Shown one piece after another: positions 27,079-41,759 of a stretch of DNA of 64,000 bases. The notes below the pieces were generated by a model. The model did not search any database, had not been told where the DNA came from, and saw nothing but the letters and a program-made list of their open reading frames with translations. The stretch is from Octopus vulgaris (lineage: Eukaryota). Within the stretch, counting starts at the first letter, position 1, and every line of letters begins with the position of its first letter. Location: NCBI GenBank assembly GCA_951406725.2, contig OX597816.1, positions 77,314,001 through 77,378,000 on the forward strand, in the 5' to 3' direction. Position numbers and translations under genes: made by a program.

Positions 27079-28356
27079 TAAGCAAATTGAAAAAAAAAAC
27101 GGAAATATGAACGACAAACATCAAACTAACAGCTTATGTTAATCCTCCCCTCCGACATTTCTCTGACTTTGCAGACACATTACTGCTTAATCACATTCGT
27201 TATAAACACCTCAAAGATGCTGGAAACCATTTTAAACGATCACCTACCCTATTGCATTGTCCCTTTCAGTACTCAATAACTATCAGTACAATTCAGAAGA
27301 ACCAGATCTACAGGCATCTTTTGCATCTTGAAAGAATTGGTAGGGTTCGGGCCATAGCTTTCAGCCTTGTCTACTAGAAGAACATGCTACCAAATTGACC
27401 GTCAACGAGCTCATACCTCTTATTCTGGATCGTTGGTAATCATTCCAGTCCCTCTTCTATTAACTTTAATGTACATTTAAGGAGAAAATCCCTTTGCTAC
27501 TTCTAACCAGAGATGCCCTTTCTCAGATTATATTGACTTACTAGTGATTCACATAAACATAATACAGTCTAATCACTAAATAAAAGAATGAATAGGAATA
27601 TCTAAAGTTAAAATTCAATTTGCCAAGTAGCAAATGTGGTTGACTGGTAATTTAGCCGGTTTTTCATTCGTTTTGTTTTTGTTTTGTTATTGTTGTTTGT
27701 GGTTGTTTTTATTTGATGCAGATGTTGTGGATGTTGTTCTTGAGTAGACTTCGCTCCACGAGCAATATCTCAAGGCGCAACCAATTAAAAGCTTGCTAAA
27801 CTATCTGTCATCTAACAAAACACGTCAAATATGGTCTAGATTTTGAACAGCGAATTTTTGTTTTAATCAAGTTTAGAGTAATAATATATATACATAGATA
27901 CGCATACAGTTAATACTAAAAGATACTTTGAATATATATTCAGGGCTTATGTTGAAATAAAAAGTGTATAAAATATATTAAATGTCTAAATACAATGAGT
28001 TTTTAGTAGTTAAATGCTGACAAAGTCTATAGTCTCTTAAAATTTTTATTAATGAAAGCATGAAAAGAATCGTAAATGTGTGTTACTGCTTTTGTACACC
28101 ACTACAAAATCCGATTATATACGGAATCAGCCAAAAACATCAAAAACTTAATCGCATTGAATCTATTTTCTGTCAGCCGCTCGAAGGGAAATCTCAATAT
28201 TAAGTATTTATTCCTTGTGTATATCATTCTGTACACCCCTTAACTCAAATATCCTAACTCCTGCTATTACCCACTCACTGGAGATTTCATTCATCTTTTT
28301 TATTTTAATTTTCAATATTCAGATTACTCTGCCCCACAAATATATTTAGCTCTACC

Positions 28357-28434
<78 letters not shown>

Positions 28435-29341
28435 CCAACTTAACGTGGATGCCTTGTTGCAACGTCAAATACTGCGGTATTCGTCTTGAGAGGTCTGCTC
28501 ATGTAGACGCATGGTGCATTAAAACACAGACATTTATCATGGCAGACGATAATTGTCAGACATGAGAGCCGGAATCGCCCAATCGTATGATTTCAAAGTA
28601 TTGCACTTTTTCAGTGGCAGGCATCTGGTGATTGCATATCAGCTAAACAGTGGTTGGCTATTTGCAACATCAGTGACAGAAAAGGCACTGATATTTTATA
28701 TGTAGTACCAGCGAGATTTGGCTGCTATGCGGTCACCGAACACCGCCACTGAAGAAGCGCAGTACAATGAAATTATGTGATCTGGTAGTTCTGGCGCCCA
28801 TACCAAACGCTCTTCATCAGCTGCATTATATGTCTGGGTTATTATACCCCATGCGACTATATGTGAGGACCTCTCAAGAAGAATACGGCAATATATTCGG
28901 CGTTGTAACAAGACATCCACATTAAGTTCGATATAAAGATTGCCTTTTGTTACTAATACTGCTTCCGTCGCTAATAATTATTTTATATATGTGTGTGTGT
29001 TTGTGGGTGCGCGCGCTTGTGTATGCGCGCGCGAGTGCGTGTAATAACTGATCTTCAGGCAAGAGAATATTGTGCTGTCCTGACGAGGTCAAACAAGCCA
29101 AAAGGTTTAAATCAAATCGAGAAATTTAGTCATAATTTCTTGAAAATCTCCCCTCCTTTTCTTGAGAGTCGCTAACAATTGCCGCTGAGATTTTCTTTCC
29201 CGCTCGAAAAACACAATCAATCATTTATTGTGTATGGCGTTCTGTACACCATAGATATACATCATGTTATCTATGTATTAATTAAATTGTGTATACGTGA
29301 GGGCACGCTGGCGTGTGTGTGCGCGTGTGTTTGTAGACAGA

Positions 29342-29381
<40 letters not shown>

Positions 29382-29400
29382 GACAGACAGACAGACAGAC

Positions 29401-29443
<43 letters not shown>

Positions 29444-29448
29444 CAGAC

Positions 29449-29490
<42 letters not shown>

Positions 29491-29508
29491 TCAGACAGAC
29501 AGACAGAC

Positions 29509-29574
<66 letters not shown>

Positions 29575-29595
29575 GTGATTAATAATATATTCAAG

Positions 29596-29829
29596 TAAGG
29601 CGGCGAACTGGCAGAAAGGTTAGCATGCCGGGCGAAATGCGGAGTCGTATTTCGTCTGCCGTTACGTTCTGGGTTCAAATTCCGCCGAGGTCGACTTTGC
29701 CTTTCATCCTTTCGGGGTCGATAAATTAAGTACCAGTTACGCACTGGAGTCGATGTAATCGACTTAATCCCTTTGTCTGTCCTTGTTTGTCCCCTCTGTG
29801 TTTAGCCACTTGTGGGTAGTAAAGAAATA
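29596..29829 (+). mobile_element. tRNA-derived SINE family B, best copy
   Basis: TAAGGCGGCGAACTGGCAGAA head, GGTTCAAATTCC B-box, core GAGGTCGACTTTGCCTTTCATCCTTTCGGGGTCGATAAATTAAGTACCAG; around ten related copies in the window. Confidence 0.88.
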
Positions 29830-29941
29830 TATAAATAATATATTCAAGAGTTTGACCATTCTTTGGTTTTACATAGCGGATTATAATTTTGAATGATGAC
29901 AAAATAATTACCCAGAATATCTGATGTCTGTTAACAGCAGC

Positions 29942-29978
29942 TTACCACCCAGAATTTCAAAGAAATTCTGGGTGGTAA
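29942..29978. repeat. Perfect hairpin, 17-bp arms, 3-nt loop
   Basis: TTACCACCCAGAATTTC-AAA-GAAATTCTGGGTGGTAA. Confidence 0.9.
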
Positions 29979-30245
29979 ATAGAAGAATGTAGCTTATGAG
30001 ACATGAACATCTATTCCAGCACTTTATACAGTAGTCTGTAAAACCATTCACGTGCGAGTGTTTCTGTGCGCGGGCGTTAAGGTCGTTAAGTAATAAATAA
30101 CAACAGACATTTGCAAATGAAAGATCTCGACAGTTACGGCAGAGACAAATTTATTCTGTAAATTTGACTTAAGTTTTCGAGTTTGGCCTCTCGCGATTTA
30201 TTACGCTTGCGCACATATATGTGTGTCTCTATGCCCAAGTGAGCA

Positions 30246-30311
<66 letters not shown>

Positions 30312-30399
30312 TATGTATGTATGCATGTATATATGCTTGTATGTATGTATGTATGTATGTATGTTTGTATATAGATACATACACATATATGTATGTATA

Positions 30400-31603
30400 C
30401 AGGATGAATGTTTTTTTTGGGTGGGTGGGTAGGACACTTCTTTCAAGAGCTCTAACTTTCTTCTAATTTTACTGTGTTTTTTTATCCTTACCTATCACTC
30501 TGAAAATAGCAAGGTACGCTGGAATCGTTGCCTTAAAAGCACACCATAGGGGAAAAGAGACAGCCCGCTTCCTGATAGCTGGCTTCCCCTTTTGTTGCCA
30601 AAGTTCGAAAGGAGCTGTAAGCTGCTGACAAGAATCCACCATTATCAGTGAAACGTATGCACAGGCTTTTAATACCATCAGGATACATAACTTTGTGCAA
30701 ACAGTCCAAGATATAATCGACAAAAAAAAAACACTCAGAAATTCAATCAAAACCATTGCGAAGAATCTCAAGGTTTCAAAATGCACCCTCAGAAGAGGTG
30801 TGCATGAGGACATCCAGTACGCGTCGTATATGATCCGGAGGGGTCAGTTTATGTCGAATATGGCAAGAGAGAATCGTTCGATCCGCGCAAAGCGTTTGCT
30901 AAACAAGTTAAAACACCAAGATGCTTTAGTTTTTCTCTGATGAGAAAACTTCGATCAGGACCAAAAGGTAAACCGAAGGAACGACAGATGGTTATAATGT
31001 TCTGACAATCATGCATACTAAGTTCCCAACAGCTGTAATGGTTCTGGGAGTCGTCGGCAACGAGGGAGATGTCATACCTCTTCACTTGTTTTCACAGGGC
31101 TTAAGGATCAATGCCACTATATACACAAGTGTGTTGTATAAAGTTGTGAGACCCTGAATACACAATGGCATTTGTATGTCTTCAAACAAGACTGCGCCGT
31201 TTCATAAGGCTAGAATAACCCAAGCGTGGATGCCTGCTAATCTCCATGATCGTGATCTCCCAGACATATAGCCTCCTATTTCATCACACATCAATCCACA
31301 AGACTATTACGTATGGGGCGTAGTTGAGTAAGAGCTCAATGAAGACCCCCATAACTCTATACAAACTCCCAAGTACGCCATAATCAGCACTATGTCCAAA
31401 ATTGATAACGATCATCTGATTCGAGCTTATCAATGCTTCCAATCTCGTACTGAAACAATAATTGATGCTGACGGTGGACTCATTAAAGAGATTTTGACAA
31501 AAACATTCTCGGAGTTATTTGTATTCAAATACACCTTTTCTTTGATGAGCTATGCGTCTTTTTTCTAAATTCAAAGAATGACGTAAAAAACTGACGCACC
31601 ATG
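30400..31603 (+). mobile_element. Degenerate DD37D (maT-like) Tc1/mariner element
   Basis: Across frames: RAKRLLNKLKH, FSDEK..DQDQKVNRRNDRW, VMVLGVV, FKQDCA..HKARITQAW, NPQDYYVWGVVE, IIDADGG; about 37 residues between second and third D allowing for a frameshift; ends only weakly inverted. Confidence 0.8.
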
Positions 31604-31604
31604 T

Positions 31605-31765
31605 AGCTGTGTGATAAGATGTTTGCTTCCCGATATCCCACACACATGGTTCTGGGTTCAGTCCCACTGCGTGACACTTTGGACAATTGTTTTCTACAAT
31701 AGCCTCGGGTTACCAAATGTGGATTTGGTATATAAGAAGCCTCTTATATATGTATGCATATATAC

Positions 31766-31818
<53 letters not shown>

Positions 31819-32060
31819 TACATATACATATACATATATATACACACACACACAGCCTTTGTGTTTGTATTTATCTCCCATCCCATTGCTTGAGAATCGG
31901 TGTTCGTTTGTTTACTTCCTCGTAATTTAGAAGTTCGGCATTATAATAAGTACCACGTTTTAAAAAATAGGGACACTGGGGTCGATTCGTTCAACTGAAA
32001 GAACTCTTCATGGCTGCAGTTCAATGACAGAGACAAGTCAAAGATAAAAGGTAGAAGACA
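31605..32060 (+). mobile_element. SINE family A with internal microsatellite
   Basis: 5' part 31605-31745 and 3' part 31860-32060 separated by TA/GATA/CA repeats. Confidence 0.75.
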
Positions 32061-32476
32061 AAGATTCATTATTCTTGATAACCGTTTCAGCTGCAAACGC
32101 ATGGTGTGCATCGGTCCAAGCCATGATGTCAACTGAAAAGAAATAAATGCAATAAAATATTAGCTACATTAAGACATCGTTACCACCTGCCAAACCAATG
32201 GTCGTGAGAGCATTGCACATGATGTGTACAATAGCGCCACGCCCACAGCGGTGTAAGATGTAGGTTTATTTTTTCTGTGGCACTCTATGTATGTGTGTGT
32301 TTATGTGTGTGTATGTATATATTTATATGTATGTATGTATGTATGTATGCAAGTATGAAGGAAAGTATGCATATACGTGTCTCTTTATATATGTCAATAT
32401 ATATTTAAACTTATCTTTATCTTTTATATGTTTCAGTCATTAGACTGTGGTCATGCTGGGGTTTCAATATATATAT

Positions 32477-32561
<85 letters not shown>

Positions 32562-33709
32562 AAAAACATAATAAATACACAAACAAACGAAAAACAGACA
32601 CAGAAGGTCACGACTCATCATTTATCAACCGGAGAATCAAACGCAATTTCGCACCTTCAACGATAATGTTGAATCCATTTTGGTGGCGCCAGCAACCAAA
32701 AAGGCTACTGGGAAATGGGGCAAAAGCATTAGTAAACAGCCAAGAGGACAATGACAAAATAAAAAGAAAGGACAGTATACACCCAAGGGCCGGACAGAGA
32801 CGAAATCGTGGATAACGCTCGGAAGAAAATCTTAATGGATTAAAACAGAAGCACAACAGACAGCAAATCAGGTTGAAGTGGGAAATCACAGAAAATACAA
32901 CTGGTTGCTTCAGTGTTCGGTGTGAAAAGGAGGGAGAAAGAGAAAAAGAAAGCAGGATAACCATGGATCACATGTAACCGGAATGGAAGTAATATTGTCT
33001 TTAAAGGCGCGAAAGATAACCGCCCCACACCGAAGCTAGATCACTATACTAGACTAGTTTGGCCTGAAAATCACAAGCTCCTCAGCGGTGACTACTCCAT
33101 CGCCGGACGGTTTGGCTATATCCTGACACTCAGTATGTATATTTGCCATAAGAGTTTTTAGCTGATTCAGCAAAATGCTAATGTGAAAATTATAAAATAG
33201 CGAAGGCAGCTATACGCACACCACATTATATTATAAGTAATTACTTTTCATATAACAGGATTACTTTAAGAGTTAAATATGAAGGTGTTTTAGGTTGTGG
33301 TTAAATAGCTACTGAATTGCCTACGTGACAAATCAGTAGTTCATGGGACTTCAGAAGAAACTATATATACATATTGTTTATACATTTTGTTTGTTTTGCT
33401 CTGTTTATGTTTTTGTTTTGTTTCGTTAGATTGTTGAAACTCCATTCGGTGTAATCGTATAACTGATGGCACGATCAACAGGTAATCTACAGGTGTATGG
33501 TTTGATTACTATGTTTTTGTTTTTCTTTTTTCTGCCTTATCTTAGCACCAACTGTAAGCATTATTTGCTTTAGGATTCACTGTTCATAAAATCGAATTAT
33601 TTCTAGTTCTCGAAGTTTCTAAACAAAACATACATACATACATACATAGACACATATTCATAGATGTATGTGTGTGTGTGTGTGTACGTGTGCATATAAA
33701 ATATAATAT

Positions 33710-33925
33710 ATTCTTTTATTCTTTTTACTTCTTTCAGTCAGTTAACTGTGGCCATGCTGGAGCACCGCTTTTAGTCGAGCAAATCGACCCCTGCGCCTAT
33801 TCTTTGTAAGCCTAGTACTTATTCTATCGGTTTTTTTGCTGAAACGCTAAGTTACGAGAGCGTAAACGAACCAGCGTCGGTTGTCAAATGATGTTGGGGG
33901 TCAAACACAAACATACAAACATACA
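33710..33925 (-). mobile_element. SINE family A 3' part
   Basis: Reverse complement of the family A tail. Confidence 0.8.
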
Positions 33926-33963
33926 CGTACACACACATACATACATATATATATATATTATTA

Positions 33964-34061
33964 GAGAGATCTAATGGATATAAATTAAGTAAACAATTAA
34001 TTAATTAACATATGAATATGTTAATTAATTAATAAATTCATTTATATCCATTAGGTCTCTC
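33964..34061. repeat. Imperfect AT-rich palindrome, arms about 48 bp
   Basis: GAGAGATCTAATGGATATAAAT...TTAATTAATTAACATAT-GA-ATATGTTAATTAATTAA...ATTTATATCCATTAGGTCTCTC. Confidence 0.85.
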
Positions 34062-34235
34062 CGTTTTCAAACTTAATTGTAATATTTGATATTTTATGAT
34101 ATTTTATATAATATATTCATTGAAGAAATATCTTTTCAAAATACAGTATAATACAATATATTATATTAAAAGATATATTTTATCTTGGCTAAAAATATCC
34201 CTGTAAGAGGTGTAAATCTCCTCATAGTAACTATG

Positions 34236-34301
<66 letters not shown>

Positions 34302-34395
34302 CATTCTGTCGGTTACGACGACGACGATATATATATATATTTATTTATATTTATATTATATATATAGGCATATATATACATGTGCATGCAGCATC

Positions 34396-34439
<44 letters not shown>

Positions 34440-34532
34440 GTGTGTGTGTGTGTGTGTGTAAATTAGAAAAAAACACCTTTTATCAATTCAAAATGATTTT
34501 ACATATATACATATGCTTGTGCACACACACAG

Positions 34533-34581
<49 letters not shown>

Positions 34582-35459
34582 TACACATATCTATCGTAAT
34601 AATAACAATAATCCTTGGATGGAATTTATAAACATTTAATGCAACACTCCGCTCGTTTCTACAAATCACATGTCTCTGGGGTGATTACAACGTAGCCCGT
34701 AGTATTCCTGGGCTTCGGGTTGATCATCTTGATGGCTTAATTTCTTCAGGCGATATAACATTAATGGATGTTTAACAGAGGGATGTGTATCCCTTTTGAC
34801 CAGTGCGAAGCTTGATTGAGTTATGTGTGTATTTCCGTGTGTATTTGGTGGGGAGGGGGGAAGTGATGGAAAGAGAGGAAGGAATGGTAGTTACAGGGGC
34901 GTGGAGGTGTGTTGTGGTGATGTTGGACTCATTTTACTATTCAGTCTGAAGATATCAAGGATGGATAGTATGTTCCTTAGTTCGATCTCATTTAAGGCGT
35001 GACCGTCTTCATTGACTTTTGAAGTAAACAGGTTTTTTACTTGTTTCAGTCATTTCTAAGCAGCATTTCGTCTGTCTTTCCGCTCTGAGTTCAAATTCTG
35101 CTGAGATCGATTTCCCCTTTCATCCTTTGGGCGTCGATAAAATAAGTACCAGTTCATCAATGGGATCAATGCAATCGACTTCACCCCTCCTCCGAAATTG
35201 CTGGTCTTGTGCCAAAATTTGAAACCATTATGCAAATATTGACGTTTTATCTATATCAGCCAACAAGAAGCTTCTTACCAAAGTTTCAACTCGACCTTTC
35301 GCGACTTCTGTCTCATATTGTGAAATTAAGCAACCGCTTAACTTCACAGTATAAACAAAGAAAGTTCAGTTCAAAGTTATGACATTATTGAAGTGCAAGC
35401 TTGTGCCATCTGGAAGTTCAACTGTCTTAGCGTTGTCGTTACGTGAAGTTTATATAGTA

Positions 35460-35860
35460 CTAGCAGTATAGCCTGGCGTTGCTCGGGTTTGTTTTCTTTT
35501 CGACCCTTTAGAATTGGAATTTTTGAAAAGTAAAAATTTTGCATTATGTAGCTTGTTATTCTCTTTAAGTGAACATTTTTCTGGTTGAAATACACCGAAA
35601 CATGGCGACATAGCAGTCAAAAAATCTTTAAAAAGGGGGATTTTCATAGAAAAAAAGCACCTTTTTGATGAAAATAAGTTTTCGTCTTAACATGGTCAGA
35701 TTTGATTTTTTTCTTCTACGGAAGGAAGAGCAAGCCTTCTTCTATCATACTCTCAATGTTGGTCAACTTGAGCCGCTAGGTCTCGGAGGAAATAGTGTTA
35801 GTTGAAGGCTACCAAACTTGCCACACACACACATACACACACACAGACAACTTCAGCTTA
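35460..35860 (-). mobile_element. Non-autonomous Helitron-like element
   Basis: Minus-strand 3' end AACCCGAGCAACGCCAGGCT (hairpin) ATACTG-CTAG|T; same terminal architecture as 6603-7685. Confidence 0.7.
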
Positions 35861-36186
35861 TGTCATTCTATCTACTCGGTCTTCTACCACTCTGACAAAC
35901 ACAGAAAGAAACGTTCGACCAATTTCTAAACCTTCTACAAACAAATAAAAAAAAAAACGGAGTAACTTTCAGTTTGCAATCAAAATCTATATTCTGTGGC
36001 CTTTGTGACTAATATTGAAAGGTTGCTACAATATATGCAAGTTAAACGTCGTCCGAAATACACTGCATTTGTAATAGAATGGGTAATGTTGTCATCGTCA
36101 CTATTGATGCTGATGTCTAAGATGCATTTGTTCTTTTATCATTGATCAAATATAAATTTCAATCGTTGTTTATATTTGTTTAAACA

Positions 36187-36217
<31 letters not shown>

Positions 36218-36585
36218 CGCTTCTCCCACTCTCATTCCTTCCTCGCTCCCCCTCTCTCACTCTCTCTCCTCTTTCTCCCCCTCTTTCTCTCTCTCTCTCC
36301 CTTTATATTTTCCTACCCTCATTCCTTTATGCTCAGTTTCACAATTTTCTTTTAATCTCTTTGCGTTCTACTCACACTATAACTCTTTATTTTATTCTTC
36401 TTACTTACACTCTAAGTGAATATGTGCATAATTGTATGCATGCATGTATGTATGTATGTATGTGTGTATGTATGTATGTACGTATGTGTGTGTATCTATG
36501 TATTTATGTACGTATATGTGTGTGTATGTACGTATGTATATATTTATGTACGTATATGTGTGCATGTATGTGTGTCTATATTATG

Positions 36586-36640
<55 letters not shown>

Positions 36641-37069
36641 TATTCTTTGTTTGTGGGTTAACAAGACAACTAATGATTTCATGTAAACAGTTGTTAGTAG
36701 CGTATGTGTGAGTGTGTGAGCATGCGTGAGTGAGTGTGTGTGTGTGCGCGCGCGCGCGTGTGTGTGTGTTTGTTTGTTTGTTTTTATGACTGTTCATGGC
36801 ACCTAAGCCATGCATGAACTATAGACAGTAAATTCGTCAAACTGTAGCATTTATATACATACAGTGTTCTCTGATAAGGCAGGCTTAGTCAGAACAACTA
36901 CTACGTAATCTCGAGCTCCCGGAAACAGCTGTCGAGTTAAAAAATATGCATTCTTTCTTTAGTTTTCTGTATTTTTTATACTCCGAGTAAAAGTAAATTT
37001 TTTGTCGATATATATGAATATATATATGCTTGTACGTGTGTTTATCTTCTGAATATATTTAGTTTTTGC

Positions 37070-37122
<53 letters not shown>

Positions 37123-37384
37123 CGGGAAGCTTTATGAAAATAAACAAAAGACGAAGGCAGGTGGAATACAAACAAACAATTGTATTAGTATGGCGCTCAG
37201 GAATATAAATAAAACAAGTCTTTTACGTTTCGAGCCTACGCTCTTCAACAGAAAGATACACAGAAAAGAAACACGGAGAGAAACAAGGAGAGAAAAAAAT
37301 GTGTGCAGAAGCTAGCGAACCAGCATGGCGATCTGAGTGTGTGAGTGTGTGAGCATGCGTGAGTGTGTGAGCATGCGTGAGTGA

Positions 37385-37455
<71 letters not shown>

Positions 37456-37555
37456 TTTGTATGACTGTTCATATATATATATATGCAAAAACTAAATATA
37501 TTCAGAAGATAAACATACGTACAAGCATATATATATTCATATATATCGAGATTAC

Positions 37556-37599
<44 letters not shown>

Positions 37600-38370
37600 A
37601 TATATGTATGTGTGTGTTTGAGTGTGTGCGTGTGTATGTCTGTGTGTATGAGTGTATCGTGTTTGTGCGTTTATATCATGAAACCTAATCGTGTTTGCTT
37701 ATATCACTATCTCCATACCAACTAACCAAAGTCTATATGAATTGAACAATTAAAAGGCCGGAGAGAGTTAATCTCGGATTCATATATGTGCGTGCGTGAG
37801 AATACAATGTGTGCTGAGTGTGTGCGCGCGCGTTCGTGCGTGTGTTTCTGTGTGAATGTATGTGTATGTGTTTGTGTAAATATATACGTAATATGTATAC
37901 GCATATATGCACACATACACACACACATTTGTGTGTGTTTGTGCTCACGCGTTTGTGCGCGCGTATGTGTGGTGGGAGTAACAAAATTTATAGAAATTTA
38001 ACAAACCTTCTTCCGAAGCATTGCGTTATTTTCGCAAATAAATTTCTTCAACCAGTGTTGATTGAAGCAGTTTTTCGCTTTGCTGCCCAATAAATTTTTT
38101 CGGTTCGTAGTAAGTACTCTATACACTATCATCATCACGATCAATGAAAGAAAGACCTACTCATCTATGCTAATGACTATTGTTTTGACCTATAAATTTT
38201 AAAATTGGTAGCATTACTCGTAATATTTTTTGTAAGATTTGTAAATGGATTGAACTACTTTTCTAGAACGAAGATATCAAACAATCCCGATGAACCGATA
38301 ACCAAGCAAAAACTTATCGAACTGTCTCTTTGTTTGCATATAAAACATTATAATTTAACAAGTGGTTATA

Positions 38371-38735
38371 TAGGCGCAGGCCTGGCTGTGTGGTAAGGGG
38401 TTTGCTTCATAACCAGGTGATTCTGGGTTCAGTCCTATGGCATGGCAAGTATCTTCTACAATAGCCTCGGCAAGTATACTCTATACACTATCATCATCAC
38501 GATCAAAGCTTTGTAAGTGGATTTGGTAGATGGAAACTATGTGTGTGTATGTGAGTGTTTCTGTTTATTAGTACCACCACCAACAGGTATTGGTACATTT
38601 ATGTCCCCATAACTTAGCGGATCGGCCCAAGACACCGCTAGAAATAAGCATCGGGCTTAACAAAAAAATTCTTCCACTAAATGTTCTACAAGGCGGTGCC
38701 CCAGCATGGGTGCCGTTTAAGAACTGAAACAAGTA
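38371..38735 (+). mobile_element. SINE family A, near full length
   Basis: TAGGCGCAGG head through GACTGAAACAAGTA tail; carries a 30-bp insertion copied from 38115-38144. Confidence 0.82.
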
Positions 38736-38879
38736 TAAGCATAATGTATATATGCCTTTTTTCCGTTTGCTGTATTTGGTACTAGTGTCTGCATCTGGAA
38801 AGTCACACTCAGATCTTAAAATCGTGCTGGAATGTATGTGCTCTTTTAAACGTGCCATGATCCGTTCCCCCTGAGCCCT

Positions 38880-39990
38880 GTACCGCTTTTATATGTAGTG
38901 AATTACTTCGATATAGTTGCACTCTCAGGAACAAGGATTTGCGATGACAGCCAGTCAGAAGAACCAGTTTTGCTACACCATATTTGACAAGGGGAGGTCA
39001 GACAATTTACGTCGAGAAGAAGCTGGTATTAGTTTCACTGTTAAAACGCACTTAGTGTAACATTTGACAGAGCTTTCTCATGGTTTCTCTAAACGTATAC
39101 TGACACTACGGTCGCAACTTAGCTCGAAGCAATTCATGACAGTGATTAGCTTTTATGCGCCAAATTTTGTCAGTCCCTAGAATGAAATCAGTAGCATTTA
39201 TGGAGATTTGAGAACAATTCTGAGGACTGTTGATAAAAAAGACAAACCTGTACTTTTCGAGGAACTAAATGCTCGTGATTCTGAACTTTGGAGTTGCATG
39301 GGAAATCACAGAATGGGGAAGCATAACGCAGATGGGCCACTCCTATTACAGTTGTGTCAGGAATTAGACCTAGTGATGACCAATACTTAGTTCAAGCAAA
39401 AATGCTAAGTATAAGGCTACTTGGAAGCATCCACGTTCAGATCACTAGAACACTCTCGATTAAGTAATTGTCCAAAGAAAAGACTTACCAGATGTAAAAT
39501 CTGTCCGGTACATGCGGCGAAATGAATGTTGGACGGACCATAGGCTTTTGCCTGCCTGCTTGCTTGCCTGCCTGGCTGCTTGCCTGCTTGCCTGTCTGAC
39601 GATCACTGTCCGTAAAAGGCTGAGGTGCGGCTGTACCAAGGCATTTAAGCAGATTCATATTCCTAAATTAAATTTCCCAGAAAAGCTTGGACAATACCAA
39701 AAAGTGGTTCAAGAAATCGATCTAAATCACAACGGTGATCTATGTGTAGGTTTTAGTAAAAAAGCTCTATGAAGCTTTTTCCACTACGCTGGCATTTTTT
39801 GAAAGAACGCACCATGTGAATGAGGGACTTGTGACAAAGCTGTTGGAAGAAAAAATCGGCTGTCGCTCTCTTGTTCACTGCTAAGACATGAACAGGAAAA
39901 AGATTTTAAAGAGGGTAAGACTAAGGTCCAGCGAGAAATGTGACAGCAAAGGAACTGTGGTGGAGAGAAAAAAAGCCCGCGAAATTCAGG
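38880..39990 (+). pseudogene. RTE-clade LINE AP-endonuclease region, degenerate
   Basis: DIVALSGTRI, VISFYAP, ELNARD, NADGPLLLQLCQELDLVMTNT, TWKHPRS, ECWTDHRLL; multiple stops. Confidence 0.88.
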
Positions 39991-40179
39991 TACCCATTTG
40001 GACCTGAGTGAAATGAACCTAAGAAGTTGTATTACTCGGTCACGAGTCGATTTCGACCATAGATGTGTGTTTTGTTATTTTTTACTTTTAATGTTCCGTT
40101 TGACTACTCACACACACACGCACACACAAACATACACGCAAAAACACACAACACTCGCATCAATATACATGTGTATATA

Positions 40180-40232
<53 letters not shown>

Positions 40233-40543
40233 GTATGTGGACATAAATTCATGCATACATACATACATACATACATGCATGCGTACGTACATACACATAC
40301 ATACATACATACGTACGTACGTACGTACGTACATACATACATACATACATACATACATACATACATACATACATACATACATACATACATACAGCATACA
40401 TATGTATGTATCCACACCCTTGAGATAGTGTCAACCATTGTAACTCTATCAATGCTAAATCTCGACTAGTTTCCTGCAGTCAGTGAGTGCATTTGTCTTT
40501 CGTCCATATCACTAATATTTCTTTTGTTGCTGAATAACAACGA

Positions 40544-40688
<145 letters not shown>

Positions 40689-40892
40689 GTATGTAGTTGG
40701 AATTTACAAAAAAAAAACAAAAGACGAAGAGGGGTGTGTAAACAACAAACAGATGTATTAGTTTTACATTCGGGGAGTGAGAAGGTATTTTACGTTTCGA
40801 GCCTATGCTCTGCGACAGAAAGGAACACAGAAGTAAACGGCGAGAGAAATTTTTAAAAAGGTTTAGCGGCTAGCGATCAGTATATGTGTGTG

Positions 40893-41035
<143 letters not shown>

Positions 41036-41067
41036 TTTATTTAAAGCAGCAGAAAATTCAACAAAAC

Positions 41068-41105
41068 CTGTTACTCTGAGTTTCACGTTCCCGTTCGTCG
41101 GACAG
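41068..41105 (-). ncRNA. Minimal type-I hammerhead-like motif (U4C core variant), family H2
   Basis: Minus strand CTGT-CCGACGA-ACG-GGAA-CGT-GAAA-CTCAGAGT-A-ACAG: 4-bp stem I, 3-bp stem II, palindromic stem III, GUA triplet. Confidence 0.6.
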
Positions 41106-41386
41106 TTACTCCGGTATATATATATATATGACAAAGTAGATGTTATCAAACATTCTACATTGAAAATACGTCAAAACGGAAACGGATCCTATAAAATTCA
41201 AATGTTCACTGGACAAATTTCTTCAAAAAATCCCGGACCAACTTCTTACACCCGGATATGTCGCCAACAATAATAAATCTTTGCTAGAGTGGGCAATGGT
41301 GCCCCATATATGACTAAAAGACTTCACCAGGTGGTGCTATTAAGTTAGACATGGCCTGGGCTTATACTGGCTGAAATTTATCAAAG

Positions 41387-41458
<72 letters not shown>

Positions 41459-41568
41459 TATGTAGGTCCCGGGTTGATTCGGGGTTAACCACAGTAAATA
41501 AGGTACTCAATACATAGCAGAGTAAAATTAATTTATTATATAGAAGGAGCTTCTACAGGACTAGAACT

Positions 41569-41759
<191 letters not shown>

